Assembly: GCA_038043525.1 (NCBI GenBank)
Contig: JBBTBW010000009.1
Span: 6,114 to 70,113, forward strand
Direction of reading: 5' to 3'
DNA: 64,000 nucleotides
From: Deltaproteobacteria bacterium
GTDB taxonomy: Bacteria > Desulfobacterota > GWC2-55-46
Positions within the stretch are counted from its first letter, which is position 1. Every line of letters begins with the position of its first letter. A program made the position numbers and the translations under genes. Positions 39,864 to 49,526 of this stretch are shown piece after piece. The notes below the pieces were generated by a model. That model did no database searches. It was not told the origin of the DNA and saw only the letters and a list, made by a program, of their open reading frames with translations.

Positions 39864-42643
39864 CTCGGGCAGAGCTGGGGATGATCAGCATTCTCGCCGA
39901 CCTGATCTCTGTAGTGCCAGCACCTCTCGCACTTCGTCCCTCCTGCGGCCTCCACGATTATCCTGAGCCCCTCGATATCCTTTGACTCATAGAGGACGCG
40001 GCCTTCGGCGCCTGTAGCTTCCTCAGACTTACCTAAAGAGAAGCCTGAGATGATGAGTATATCTTCGAGTACTGCGCACTCATCTTCCAGCAGGGGCCTC
40101 ATGGCATCAGGCGGGTATACCGTTACAGAGGCGTCGAGCGAATGGCCGATGATCTTCTGCTGTCTCGCTGTCTCAAGGGCCTTTGTCGCCTCTGCCTTGA
40201 CAGCGACTATCGTCTCCCATTTTTTCTCCAGCCCGTCATTTAGCCATAACGGCTCAAGCTTGGGCATTTGAGCAAGATGTACGCTCGCCTCTTTTCTCCC
40301 TGGCATGAAAGACCACGCTTCTTCTGAGGTAAACGAGAGTATCGGGGCCATGAGCCTTACGAGGCGGTCGAGTATATGGTAGATGGTTGTCTGGGCCGCG
40401 CGTCTCTCCCTTGAATCCGCCTTGCAGGTATAGAGCCTGTCTTTCAAGACGTCTAGGTAGAATGCGCTCAGGTCCACGTTGCAGAAGTTGTGGACGCTGT
40501 GGTATATCGCATGGAACTCGAATGTATCATACGCGGTCAGCACCCGCTCGGTAAGTTTTTCAAGCCTGTGTAGGGCGAGTATGTCTATCTCTTCGAGGTC
40601 CGAGTGGTCGACGATGTCTTTTGACGGATCGAAGTCGTGGAGGTTCCCTAAGATGTACCTGAAGGTGTTCCTGATCCTCCTGTACGCCTCTGAGAGCCTC
40701 TTTAAGATCTCTTCGGAGATGCGGATATCCTCGCGGTAGTCCTCGCCTGAGACCCAGAGTCTCAAGACCTCGGCCCCGTACTTGTTTATGACCTCTTGAG
40801 GGGCTATCACGTTGCCGATAGACTTGCTCATCTTCCTGCCCTGCGAATCCACCACGAAGCCGTGCGTAAGTACGGCCTTGTAAGGCGCAACCGACCTTGT
40901 CCCTTCGCACGCGAGTAGTGATGAGTGGAACCAGCCCCTGTGCTGGTCGCTTCCTTCAAGATACAGGTCAGCAGGGAACTGAAGGTTCTCGCGTCTTTCA
41001 ACTACAGCGGCGAAGCTCACTCCCGAGTCGAACCAGACGTCTAATATGTCGTCTTCTTTCTCGAACGAATCAGAGGCGCACTTGGGGCACCTGACGCCTT
41101 CGGGGAGGAGGTCTTTGAGGTCTTTTTCGAACCAGACGTCAGCGCCCTCTTTTTCAAAGGCGGTGACGAGGGAATCTATCAGCCTCTCATCGAGGAATGA
41201 CTCGCCGCACCCGGAGCATCTGAGCGCAGGTATCGGCACGCCCCACGCCCTCTGCCTTGAGAGGCACCAGTCAGGCCTGTTAAGTATCATGTTGTATATC
41301 CTCTCGCGTCCCCACGAGGGTATCCACTTCACATCGTTCTCTATGGCTTTTAATGCCTTCTCCCTCAGTCCTCCGGCCTCCATCGAGGCGAACCACTGCG
41401 CCGTAGCCCTGAATATGATGGGGGATTTGCACCTCCAGCAGTGCGGGTAAGAGTGCCTTATGTCTTCCTTAAGGAGGAGCGAGCCGTTTGTCTTGAGCAG
41501 TTCTATTATCTCGTTGTTCGCTTTGAATACGAACTGGCCCTGGAACTCGGGCACGTCAGAGGTGAACTTGCCTGAGCCGTCGACCGGGTTGTAGATATCG
41601 AGGCCGTGTTTGAGCCCTATCTCGTAGTCGTCCTGTCCGTGGCCCGGGGCGATGTGGACGCACCCTGTGCCAGCCTCAAGCGTCACGTGTTCACCGGGAA
41701 GCACCGCTGATGGCCTGTCTATGAATGGATGGCGTGCGGAAATGCCTTCTATCTCGCCGTAGAAAAACTTTTTTATCACCTTAAAATCTTGCCAGCCGAA
41801 TTTTCCGGCAACAGTCTCTACAAGGCCGTCGGCCACGATGAAGTTTGCGTCTCCTGCTGAGACGAGGGCGTATTCAAGCTCAGGGTGGAGGGCAATCGCG
41901 AGGTTGGCCGGAAGCGTCCACGGCGTTGTCGTCCATATTACGATGAAGGCCCTGCCTTCGATCAGGACTGAAAGCCTCTTTCCGAGCGCGTCTGCGTCTG
42001 TCTCGAACCTTACGTATATCGAAGGGGAGGTCTTATCCGCATATTCTACCTCAGCCTCGGCAAGCGCTGTGCGGCATGACGAGCACCAGTGTACCGGTTT
42101 CTTGCCTTTGTAGACGAGCCCGTTCTTGACGAACCTCCCGAGTTCTCTGAGGATGGACGCCTGATAGCTATAGTTCATCGTGAGGTAGGGGTTATCCCAT
42201 TCCGCGAATACTCCGAGCCTCTTGAAGTCTTCCTTCTGGATGTTGACGAACCTTAGGGCGTACTCCCTGCAATGCTTTCTAATCTCGCCTTTTGTCATCG
42301 ACTGTTTTTTAGGCCCGAGCTCTTTTTCGACCTGAAGCTCTATCGGCAGGCCGTGGCAGTCCCATCCCGGGACATAGTCGGTTGAAAACCCCGACATGGA
42401 CCTGGACTTGATGATGATATCCTTGAGTATCTTGTTAAGGGCGTGCCCGATATGGATGTTCCCGTTGGCGTACGGGGGGCCGTCGTGGAGCGTGTATCTC
42501 GGCCTGTCCTTTCCAGCCTCTTTTATCTTCGCGTACAGCCCGCTATCCTCCCATGCCTTCAGAGCCAGAGGCTCGTTTTTGGCGAGATCCGCCTTCATCT
42601 GGAAGTCTGTCTTCGGGAGGTTTAGTGTGGTCTTGTAATCCAT
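39842..42643 (-). CDS. ileS: Isoleucine--tRNA ligase
   Basis: [26 protein letters not shown]-terminal CERC...CPRC. Confidence 0.98.
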   Translation of the reverse strand: MDYKTTLNLPKTDFQMKADLAKNEPLALKAWEDSGLYAKIKEAGKDRPRYTLHDGPPYANGNIHIGHALNKILKDIIIKSRSMSGFSTDYVPGWDCHGLPIELQVEKELGPKKQSMTKGEIRKHCREYALRFVNIQKEDFKRLGVFAEWDNPYLTMNYSYQASILRELGRFVKNGLVYKGKKPVHWCSSCRTALAEAEVEYADKTSPSIYVRFETDADALGKRLSVLIEGRAFIVIWTTTPWTLPANLAIALHPELEYALVSAGDANFIVADGLVETVAGKFGWQDFKVIKKFFYGEIEGISARHPFIDRPSAVLPGEHVTLEAGTGCVHIAPGHGQDDYEIGLKHGLDIYNPVDGSGKFTSDVPEFQGQFVFKANNEIIELLKTNGSLLLKEDIRHSYPHCWRCKSPIIFRATAQWFASMEAGGLREKALKAIENDVKWIPSWGRERIYNMILNRPDWCLSRQRAWGVPIPALRCSGCGESFLDERLIDSLVTAFEKEGADVWFEKDLKDLLPEGVRCPKCASDSFEKEDDILDVWFDSGVSFAAVVERRENLQFPADLYLEGSDQHRGWFHSSLLACEGTRSVAPYKAVLTHGFVVDSQGRKMSKSIGNVIAPQEVINKYGAEVLRLWVSGEDYREDIRISEEILKRLSEAYRRIRNTFRYILGNLHDFDPSKDIVDHSDLEEIDILALHRLEKLTERVLTAYDTFEFHAIYHSVHNFCNVDLSAFYLDVLKDRLYTCKADSRERRAAQTTIYHILDRLVRLMAPILSFTSEEAWSFMPGRKEASVHLAQMPKLEPLWLNDGLEKKWETIVAVKAEATKALETARQQKIIGHSLDASVTVYPPDAMRPLLEDECAVLEDILIISGFSLGKSEEATGAEGRVLYESKDIEGLRIIVEAAGGTKCERCWHYRDQVGENADHPQLCPRCAEALR

Positions 42644-42844
42644 GTCAGATACTGCTCCATTGAACCGTAAGGGCTTGATTTAAAAGTTCTGTCCGAACCT
42701 GTATTCATAACATAAGGCGGCCGGAAATTAAATCTTTTTCTGGCCTTGAAAAGGCCTTCTAAACCCCTTTGAGCTTTATCAGACGGGTGCAGGCCGGTCT
42801 TCCGCCGGTTTACACCAACATGGGTTTTGTGGTATTTTAAAGGG

Positions 42845-44875
42845 ATGACAGAAGGCATATACAGGAGCGAGAGAAAGAAAGGGACTTTCAAGATGAGGAC
42901 CGAGTTCTCGCCGAGCGGCGACCAGCCGGGCGCGATAAAAGGGCTTGTCGAAGGCATTCGGGCGGGGGAAAGGCATCAGATACTCCTTGGTGTTACAGGT
43001 TCCGGCAAGACCTTTAGCATGGCCAAGGTCATAGAGGAGCTAGGCCGCCCGGCCCTTGTAATCGCCCCGAACAAGACTCTCGGCGCGCAACTTTACGCGG
43101 AACTCAAAGACCTCTTCCCTGAAAACGCCGTCGAGTATTTTGTCTCGTATTACGATTATTATCAGCCTGAGGCGTATGTGCCGACTACCGATACCTTTAT
43201 CGAGAAGGACGCGGCGATAAACGACGAGATCGACAAGATGAGGCACTCGGCCACGCATTCGCTCCTCACAAGGGATGACGTGATAATAGTCGCCTCAGTA
43301 TCCTGCATCTATGGCATCGGTTCGCCCGAGGATTACGGGAGTATGCAGCTGTACGCCGAACGCGGGATGGAGACCGACAGGGACCTGTTCTTGAAGAGGC
43401 TTGTCGAGATGCAGTACAAGAGGGACGACTTTGATTTTCACAGGGGTGTGTTCAGGGTCAGGGGGGACGTAGTCGACGTATTCCCGGCTTATGAGGCAGA
43501 GGTCGCTTTGCGCTTCGAGTTCTTCGGCGATGCTATCGACGCGATATCCGAGATAGACCCGATGAGCGGCAAACCGCTGAGACGTACTGAGAAGGCGCTT
43601 ATCCACCCTGCGAGCCACTATGTAACGACAAAAGAGACTCTCAAGAGAGCGAACGGGACGATAAGGGAGGAGCTGAGAGAGAGACTGGTGGAGCTAAAGG
43701 CGCAGGGAAAGCTCCTCGAGGCCCAGAGGATCGAGCAGAGGACCCTTTACGACCTTGAGTTCCTCGAAGAGATGGGCTACTGCCCCGGCATAGAGAATTA
43801 TTCGAGGCACATAAGCGGAAGGCTCACTGGAGAGGCCCCGTTCACGCTCATCGATTATTTCCCTGAGGATTTTCTCGTCTTCATCGACGAGAGCCATATC
43901 GCCATACCGCAGATAAACGGCATGTACCACGGCGACCGTTCAAGGAAGTCGACTCTCATCAACTTCGGCTTCCGCCTCCCTTCGGCGCTTGACAACAGGC
44001 CGCTCAGGTTCGAGGAGTTTGAAAAGAGGATGAGCCAGGTCGTATACGTATCCGCCACGCCTGCCGAATACGAGTTCCGGATGTCAGGCGATCATATCGT
44101 AGAGCAGATAATAAGGCCGACAGGGCTGATGGACCCTGAGATAGAGGTGCGGGGAGCGGCCTCCCAGGTAGACGATCTTCTGGGCGAGATAAAAAAACGG
44201 GTCAAGAACGGCCACAGGGTCCTTGTAACTACTCTTACAAAGAGGATGGCAGAGGACCTGACGCGTTATTATTCGGGGATGGGGGTGAGGGTCAAGTATC
44301 TTCATTCGGATATTGAGACGCTCGAACGGGTCGAGATACTCCGGGACTTAAGGCTCGGAGGCTTCGATGTCCTCGTCGGGATAAACCTCTTGAGGGAGGG
44401 GCTAGACATACCCGAGGTCTCTCTTGTAGCTATACTCGACGCTGACAAGGAGGGGTTTCTCCGCTCGGAGAGGGCGCTTATACAGACCTGCGGAAGGGCG
44501 GCGAGAAACGTCGAAGGCTCGGTGATACTCTACGCCGACAGGATCACGGCCTCCATGAAGGCCGCAATGGATGAGACTGAGAGAAGACGGAGCATACAGT
44601 CTGAGTACAATATCCGGAACAATATCACCCCTGAGACTATAAAAAGCAGGATAAAGGACGTTATCGGCTCGATATGCGAGAGCGATTACTATACTGTCGA
44701 GGCGCGGGCGGCTGAAACAGACGCAGACTACGTACCGCCGCACGAGATACCGCAGCTCCTCAAATCGCTCAGAAAAGAGATGGATAAGGCCGCAAAAAAG
44801 CTCGATTTTGAAAAGGCCGGGCAGTTGAGGGACAAGATACGGTCTCTGGAAGACCTTGAGATCAAGATAGGTTGA
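42845..44875 (+). CDS. uvrB: Excinuclease ABC subunit B
   Basis: [33 protein letters not shown]-terminal UVR motif; exact start uncertain. Confidence 0.97.
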   Translation: MTEGIYRSERKKGTFKMRTEFSPSGDQPGAIKGLVEGIRAGERHQILLGVTGSGKTFSMAKVIEELGRPALVIAPNKTLGAQLYAELKDLFPENAVEYFVSYYDYYQPEAYVPTTDTFIEKDAAINDEIDKMRHSATHSLLTRDDVIIVASVSCIYGIGSPEDYGSMQLYAERGMETDRDLFLKRLVEMQYKRDDFDFHRGVFRVRGDVVDVFPAYEAEVALRFEFFGDAIDAISEIDPMSGKPLRRTEKALIHPASHYVTTKETLKRANGTIREELRERLVELKAQGKLLEAQRIEQRTLYDLEFLEEMGYCPGIENYSRHISGRLTGEAPFTLIDYFPEDFLVFIDESHIAIPQINGMYHGDRSRKSTLINFGFRLPSALDNRPLRFEEFEKRMSQVVYVSATPAEYEFRMSGDHIVEQIIRPTGLMDPEIEVRGAASQVDDLLGEIKKRVKNGHRVLVTTLTKRMAEDLTRYYSGMGVRVKYLHSDIETLERVEILRDLRLGGFDVLVGINLLREGLDIPEVSLVAILDADKEGFLRSERALIQTCGRAARNVEGSVILYADRITASMKAAMDETERRRSIQSEYNIRNNITPETIKSRIKDVIGSICESDYYTVEARAAETDADYVPPHEIPQLLKSLRKEMDKAAKKLDFEKAGQLRDKIRSLEDLEIKIG

Positions 44876-44933
44876 GCGCGTCCGTTATTAAATCTGTCTT
44901 CCAGTCGGAGGCGGTCTCACATCCGGCAAATGG

Positions 44934-45083
44934 TCAGCGTCCGGAACCCCTGTAGAGCCACGGGTGTATGTATTTCTCCCAGAGGCTAGCGAACCTGAGT
45001 GCGGTCGTCTTGCTTATGCCAAGGGTCATGAGCCTGCAAAGGAGATGCATGCAGTTGAGGTGGTGCTGAAGTACGCGTGCCAT
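44934..45083 (-). CDS. Unannotated 49-aa small protein
   Basis: MARVLQHHLNCMHLLCRLMTLGISKTTALRFASLWEKYIHPWLYRGSGR; RBS GGGAGG 5 nt before ATG; sigma-28-like promoter upstream; absent from the ORF track. Confidence 0.72.
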   Translation of the reverse strand: MARVLQHHLNCMHLLCRLMTLGISKTTALRFASLWEKYIHPWLYRGSGR

Positions 45084-45122
45084 GCCTGCCTCCCTGCTGG
45101 ATATTAAACGTCCTTACTTGTA

Positions 45123-45150
45123 TTATCGGCTATCGCAAGGCGGGACTTTA
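45123..45150 (-). promoter_or_regulatory. sigma-28 (FliA/SigD)-type promoter
   Basis: Minus strand TAAA-N16-GCCGATAA. Confidence 0.75.
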
Positions 45151-45202
45151 GGGGATTTTTTCGGTCAGGCCTGATCTTTTGGCTGGGCCGGGAGACATAT
45201 CT

Positions 45203-45898
45203 TCAGGCAGGTTCCCCTGCCTCTGTTATAAGGGAGATGAACCTCTGCAGGTTTGCCCTGTCTTGCTGGGCCATCGGTTCGAAGCTCGCACCGAATGAGA
45301 CCCTGTCGTTGTCCTTGCTTATGTTCCTTACAGATATTTTTACCTCGACAGGCTTGTCCACGCCCGGCAGGTCGAGTTTTATCTCCGCGGTCTTGTTGGC
45401 GTCGATGGCAAGGCATAGGCTGTCCATCTCCGGCCCAGGGGGCCTCCTGATCACGCACCTGCCGCCGTCCATGCTTATGTCGACCATGACGCCGTCAAAG
45501 GTCTCGTTGCCGAGGATGCTTCGCACCGGCAGTATGCAGCTGTATCTCTGGTTCGTACGGATGTTCATGCCCTCTATGTTTTCAGGGTACTTTGTGAAGA
45601 GTATACGTGCCGGGTTCGAGACGGTGTTTAAGATGGAGGTCTTGAAGCCGTAGACAGACCCCTTGAAGAGGTAGCGTACGATTATGGCGCTTCCCAGGAC
45701 ATCTTCGCTCCTGAAGTTGCCGACAAGGTCTCTTGGCGAGATCCTCAATATGACATAAGAGCCGTATTCAAGGCCGACAAGGGTTCCTTTTATCCTGAGG
45801 CCCAGGTTGACTATCTCGATGAGAAGCTCGGTCCCTATACTTATAGGAAGGTTGCTGCGCGGGTCTTTGGCGCTTGACGCGCCTTCATTTACGCTCAT
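45203..45898 (-). CDS. YcgR-like flagellar brake protein (PilZNR + PilZ)
   Basis: N-terminal YcgR-like domain (GSVYGFKTSI); intact RTNQR (RxxxR) and DISMDG (DxSxxG). Confidence 0.85.
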   Translation of the reverse strand: MSVNEGASSAKDPRSNLPISIGTELLIEIVNLGLRIKGTLVGLEYGSYVILRISPRDLVGNFRSEDVLGSAIIVRYLFKGSVYGFKTSILNTVSNPARILFTKYPENIEGMNIRTNQRYSCILPVRSILGNETFDGVMVDISMDGGRCVIRRPPGPEMDSLCLAIDANKTAEIKLDLPGVDKPVEVKISVRNISKDNDRVSFGASFEPMAQQDRANLQRFISLITEAGEPA

Positions 45899-45963
45899 TA
45901 GATATGTCCTTTGTAAGTTCAAGGTGGATGTTGCTCGTTTCCGTCAAAGGCCTGTCCGCGCGC

Positions 45964-46314
45964 CTATCTCTTGTGGCATGGGCCGCACGGGGTCTGGAAG
46001 AGTGTTTCTTTTCTCAGCACCTCTGAGGTCTTCCTGTTCGTGACAGTGTACTCGGCCTTTCCTATAGGACACATCGACACCTCGGCGGATGTGACGACGT
46101 TCGTGAACTTTGTCTTTTTGATGCTTTCAAGCTTGACGTCGTATTTGTACCACCTGTCCTCGTGGTGGATATCCATCTTTCCGGTCTCCTTGCGCTGGAG
46201 GACCTGCCATAGTTCCATCTCCTTTTTCGACAGAGCGCTGTCGTCGTCATCGAAAAGATAAGGCCCGGAGCAGGCCGTTATCAGGAGCGCAAGCGCCACA
46301 ATAAGCCCTTTCAT
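45964..46314 (-). CDS. Small lipoprotein with C-terminal CxxCH (possible monoheme cytochrome c)
   Basis: MKGLIVALALLITAC lipobox, RBS GGAG, ends TPCGPCHKR. Confidence 0.65.
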   Translation of the reverse strand: MKGLIVALALLITACSGPYLFDDDDSALSKKEMELWQVLQRKETGKMDIHHEDRWYKYDVKLESIKKTKFTNVVTSAEVSMCPIGKAEYTVTNRKTSEVLRKETLFQTPCGPCHKR

Positions 46315-46418
46315 CTGTCTATCTCCATAAGGGTATATGACTGCCATCCTGCGTCAGCAGGGACAATATACAATAAATATTCGCCAGGTCAAGTGCGTAG
46401 ATACCTTTAGGCTCTTTC

Positions 46419-46810
46419 CGCCATGACCCGGGTTTGTTTGACGGCAACGACAAGATAATCTCAAAATCACCTTGAATGGCCATCATAAAAAATATCGGTT
46501 TTATTTCAGCTTTGCACTTCGGTGCGCCTTTTGGGTATGGCTCGAACGGCCCGTAAAAAAATATTTATCTGATTTCAGCTTTGCACTTTCCGTGCGCCTT
46601 TAGGGTATGGCTCGCATCGCTTTCAAGCCGACTCGCGCTAGATTCAGATACCTGCTCGGCGGCTCTCAGTCAGGCTCGCTACGCCATGACCCGTGTTTTT
46701 AGAGGCAAAGACAAAGCAACTTCGCCTGCTCTACGCCATGAACCGTGTTTGTCTGGAGGCAAAGGCATAATAATCCCTAAAACACCTCCCCCAGCCTTGC
46801 AGGGAGGGCG
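46419..46810 (-). repeat. Repeat cluster: full copy 4 of the ~136-bp element (46579-46714) with partial copies
   Basis: Full copy colinear with 23077-23216; end fragments CGCCATGAcCCG..TTTGT..GGCAA at about 46419-46455 and 46731-46768; 69-bp tandem unit at 46503/46572. Confidence 0.88.
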
Positions 46811-46828
46811 GCTGCCGTAAAACCCCTC

Positions 46829-46857
46829 TTGCCACAAAGACCTTAAAAGTATACAAT
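46829..46857 (+). promoter_or_regulatory. sigma-70 promoter of metH
   Basis: TTGCCA-N17-TACAAT. Confidence 0.55.
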
Positions 46858-46890
46858 GTCCGCGCCAATATACCGAAGGAGCCATTATAG

Positions 46891-49320
46891 ATGCCTATGA
46901 ATTTTCTTGAAGAACTTAAAAAACGCGTCTTGGTCTTTGACGGCGCTACAGGGACCATGCTGCAAAAGCTCGGGCTCAAGCCCGGAGGCTGTCCCGATGA
47001 ACTCGTATTAAAAGACCCGGGGATGGTCAAGAAGGTCCATGCGGCCTATATCGAAGCCGGTTCCGACATAGTCACTACCAATACTTTCGGCGCGAACAGG
47101 CCGAAACTTAAGGAGTACGGTCTCGAAGGGAGGCTCAGGGAGATAAACGTCAGGGCCGCCCAGTGCGCGAGGGAGGAGGCAGGCAGGGCCTTTGTCGCCG
47201 GCGGCCTTGGCCCGACAGGGAGCTTCGTGGAGCCTGTCGGAGATATGTCTTTTGATACGGCGCTTGAGGTATACCGCGAGCAGGCAGAGGCATTGAAAGA
47301 GGGCGGGGTAGACCTCATCATCATCGAGACGATGATGGATATAAAAGAGATGAGGGCGGCGATAATCGGGGCAAGGTCGACCGGCCTTCCGGTAGTAGCC
47401 ACCATGACATTCGACGAGACGATGAGGACGGTCCTCGGCACGCCGCCTGAGTCGTTCGCTATAATGGCTGAGGCCGCCGGAGCTGACGTGATAGGCGCAA
47501 ACTGTTCTCTGGGCATAGAAGGTATACACAAGGCCGTTTTGGCGATGTCGAAGGTATCGTCTCTGCCGATCATAGCCCAGCCTAACGCAGGGATACCTGA
47601 GCTTCGCGACAACAAGACCGTTTTTCCGGCGTCTCCTGAGGATATGGCCGCGTATGTGCCTAAGCTCGTCGAGGCGGGTGTGAGGGTCCTTGGCGGATGC
47701 TGCGGCACCTCTCCTGACCATATAAAGATGATGGCCGGCGTATTCAGGTCGCTTTCCCCGGCCACCGCAAGGCCTGCCGGGTTTACAGGGCTTGCGTCAA
47801 GGACCTCGTTCACGCTCTTCGGCGGCGGATTTTCCCCTATCGTTATAGGCGAGAGGATAAACCCGACAGGCCGCAAGGCGCTCGCTCAGGAGATAAAGGA
47901 AGGAAAGACCGCAGGAATAAGGAACGAGGCGCGCTCTCAGGCCCTTTCAGGCGCACACGCCCTTGACGTCAACGTAGGCGTTCCGGGAATAGATGAGACG
48001 CAGGCGATGATAAGGGCCGTATTTGCCGTTAACGAGAACAGCACGCTGCCCATAGTCATAGACTCATCGAGCCCGGAGGCGATACTCGCAGGGCTTCGCT
48101 CGGTCGACGCAAAGCCCTTGATAAACTCGATAAGCGGGGAGCGTAAAAAACTCTCATCCATCATACCGCTTGCGAAAGAATACGGAGCGGCGCTCCTGGG
48201 CCTTACGCTCGATGATTCCGGCATACCTGAGACCGCCGAAGGGAGGTTGAAGGTCGCTGAAAAGATGCTCGAAGCTGTACTTGCGGCCGGGATGAGGAAG
48301 GAAGACCTTGTCATAGATTGCCTTGCGATGACAGTGAGCGCCGACCCGAAGAGCGCGATTGAGACATTGAAGGCGATAAAGCTCGTCAAGGAGAGGCTCG
48401 GTCTGGCCACAGTCCTAGGCGTGAGCAATATCTCGTTCGGGCTTCCGGCAAGAGAGGTCATAAACGCTAACTTCCTTACGATGGCCCTTGCCGCCGGCCT
48501 CGACGGGGCGATAATAAACCCTAACAACAAGGCGATGATGGACGCGTACCACGCCTCGATAGTCCTTTTGCACAAGGACGTAAGGGCTGAAAGGTACATC
48601 AGAAGGCATCAGGCTATGGAAGAGGCGGCAGGCGTAAAGGACGGCTCAGCTATCAAGGCGTCCGTTGATGCGCCTGCCGTGAATGACACCGCAAGCCGTC
48701 TCAGAAAGGCTATAATCGAGGGCGATGAGGAGAACATAGTCTCCCTTGTAGAGGGCGCGCTTGGAGAAGGATGGGACCCGATACGGATCAGCAACGAGGG
48801 GCTTATCCCCGGGCTCGAAGAGGTCGGAAGGCTCTTTGGCTGCAACAGGTACTATCTCCCGCAGGTGATGCTCTCGGCTGACACTATGAAGAAAGCCTTC
48901 GCAAGGCTCAAGGTCGAGATGAAGGGGAAGGCCGGTGCGCCAGTCGGCAAGGTCCTGCTAGCGACAGTGGAGGGGGATATCCACGACATCGGGAAGAATA
49001 TCGTCGCAACACTACTTGAGAACCACGGCTTCGAGGTCATAGATCTCGGCAAGAACGTCGCCGCAGACAGGATCATTGAAGAGGCCGTGAAAAACAATGT
49101 AGATATAGTCGGGCTCTCGGCTCTGATGACCACGACGGTTATGGAGATGGACTGCGTCATAAAGAGGCTCAAGGAGAGGGGCATCCAGGCGCTCACTATA
49201 GTCGGCGGAGCTGTAGTCACAAGGGAGTTCTCCGAAAAGATCGGCGCTGACGAGTATGGCGGAGACGCCCTTTCAGCGATAGACAAGATGAAGGCTATGT
49301 TGAAAAAGGCTAAAGCCTGA
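46891..49320 (+). CDS. metH: Cobalamin-dependent methionine synthase lacking the C-terminal AdoMet reactivation domain
   Basis: DGATGT, GANC, GGCCGT homocysteine domain; IGERINPTG pterin domain; GDIHDIGKN B12 domain; ORF ends right after it. Confidence 0.93.
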   Translation: MPMNFLEELKKRVLVFDGATGTMLQKLGLKPGGCPDELVLKDPGMVKKVHAAYIEAGSDIVTTNTFGANRPKLKEYGLEGRLREINVRAAQCAREEAGRAFVAGGLGPTGSFVEPVGDMSFDTALEVYREQAEALKEGGVDLIIIETMMDIKEMRAAIIGARSTGLPVVATMTFDETMRTVLGTPPESFAIMAEAAGADVIGANCSLGIEGIHKAVLAMSKVSSLPIIAQPNAGIPELRDNKTVFPASPEDMAAYVPKLVEAGVRVLGGCCGTSPDHIKMMAGVFRSLSPATARPAGFTGLASRTSFTLFGGGFSPIVIGERINPTGRKALAQEIKEGKTAGIRNEARSQALSGAHALDVNVGVPGIDETQAMIRAVFAVNENSTLPIVIDSSSPEAILAGLRSVDAKPLINSISGERKKLSSIIPLAKEYGAALLGLTLDDSGIPETAEGRLKVAEKMLEAVLAAGMRKEDLVIDCLAMTVSADPKSAIETLKAIKLVKERLGLATVLGVSNISFGLPAREVINANFLTMALAAGLDGAIINPNNKAMMDAYHASIVLLHKDVRAERYIRRHQAMEEAAGVKDGSAIKASVDAPAVNDTASRLRKAIIEGDEENIVSLVEGALGEGWDPIRISNEGLIPGLEEVGRLFGCNRYYLPQVMLSADTMKKAFARLKVEMKGKAGAPVGKVLLATVEGDIHDIGKNIVATLLENHGFEVIDLGKNVAADRIIEEAVKNNVDIVGLSALMTTTVMEMDCVIKRLKERGIQALTIVGGAVVTREFSEKIGADEYGGDALSAIDKMKAMLKKAKA

Positions 49321-49526
49321 GAGGTTTTTGTGGTATAGTAAGAAGACCGGGCCCCTGGAAGGGGCCCGTTTCGTTTTGGATACGAATTGCCGGACAAAGC
49401 CGGACTTTGCAGGGGATCGCATGTTCAGGGATAGGCCGGTCTCATTTTGGAGAAGTATGGCTGGCGCATCTGCCAGCCCATTAATCAAGGGCGAATGCAG
49501 GTCATAGCGCCGGTAAGGCAGGATAA

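Noticed and set aside
45067-45082. TGGCACG on the minus strand as a sigma-54 promoter
   Set aside because: No TTGC at -12; the sequence is the first codons of the 49-aa ORF.
46775-46890. Cobalamin or SAM riboswitch before metH
   Set aside because: No B12-box or SAM-I core; the predicted promoter leaves only a very short leader.
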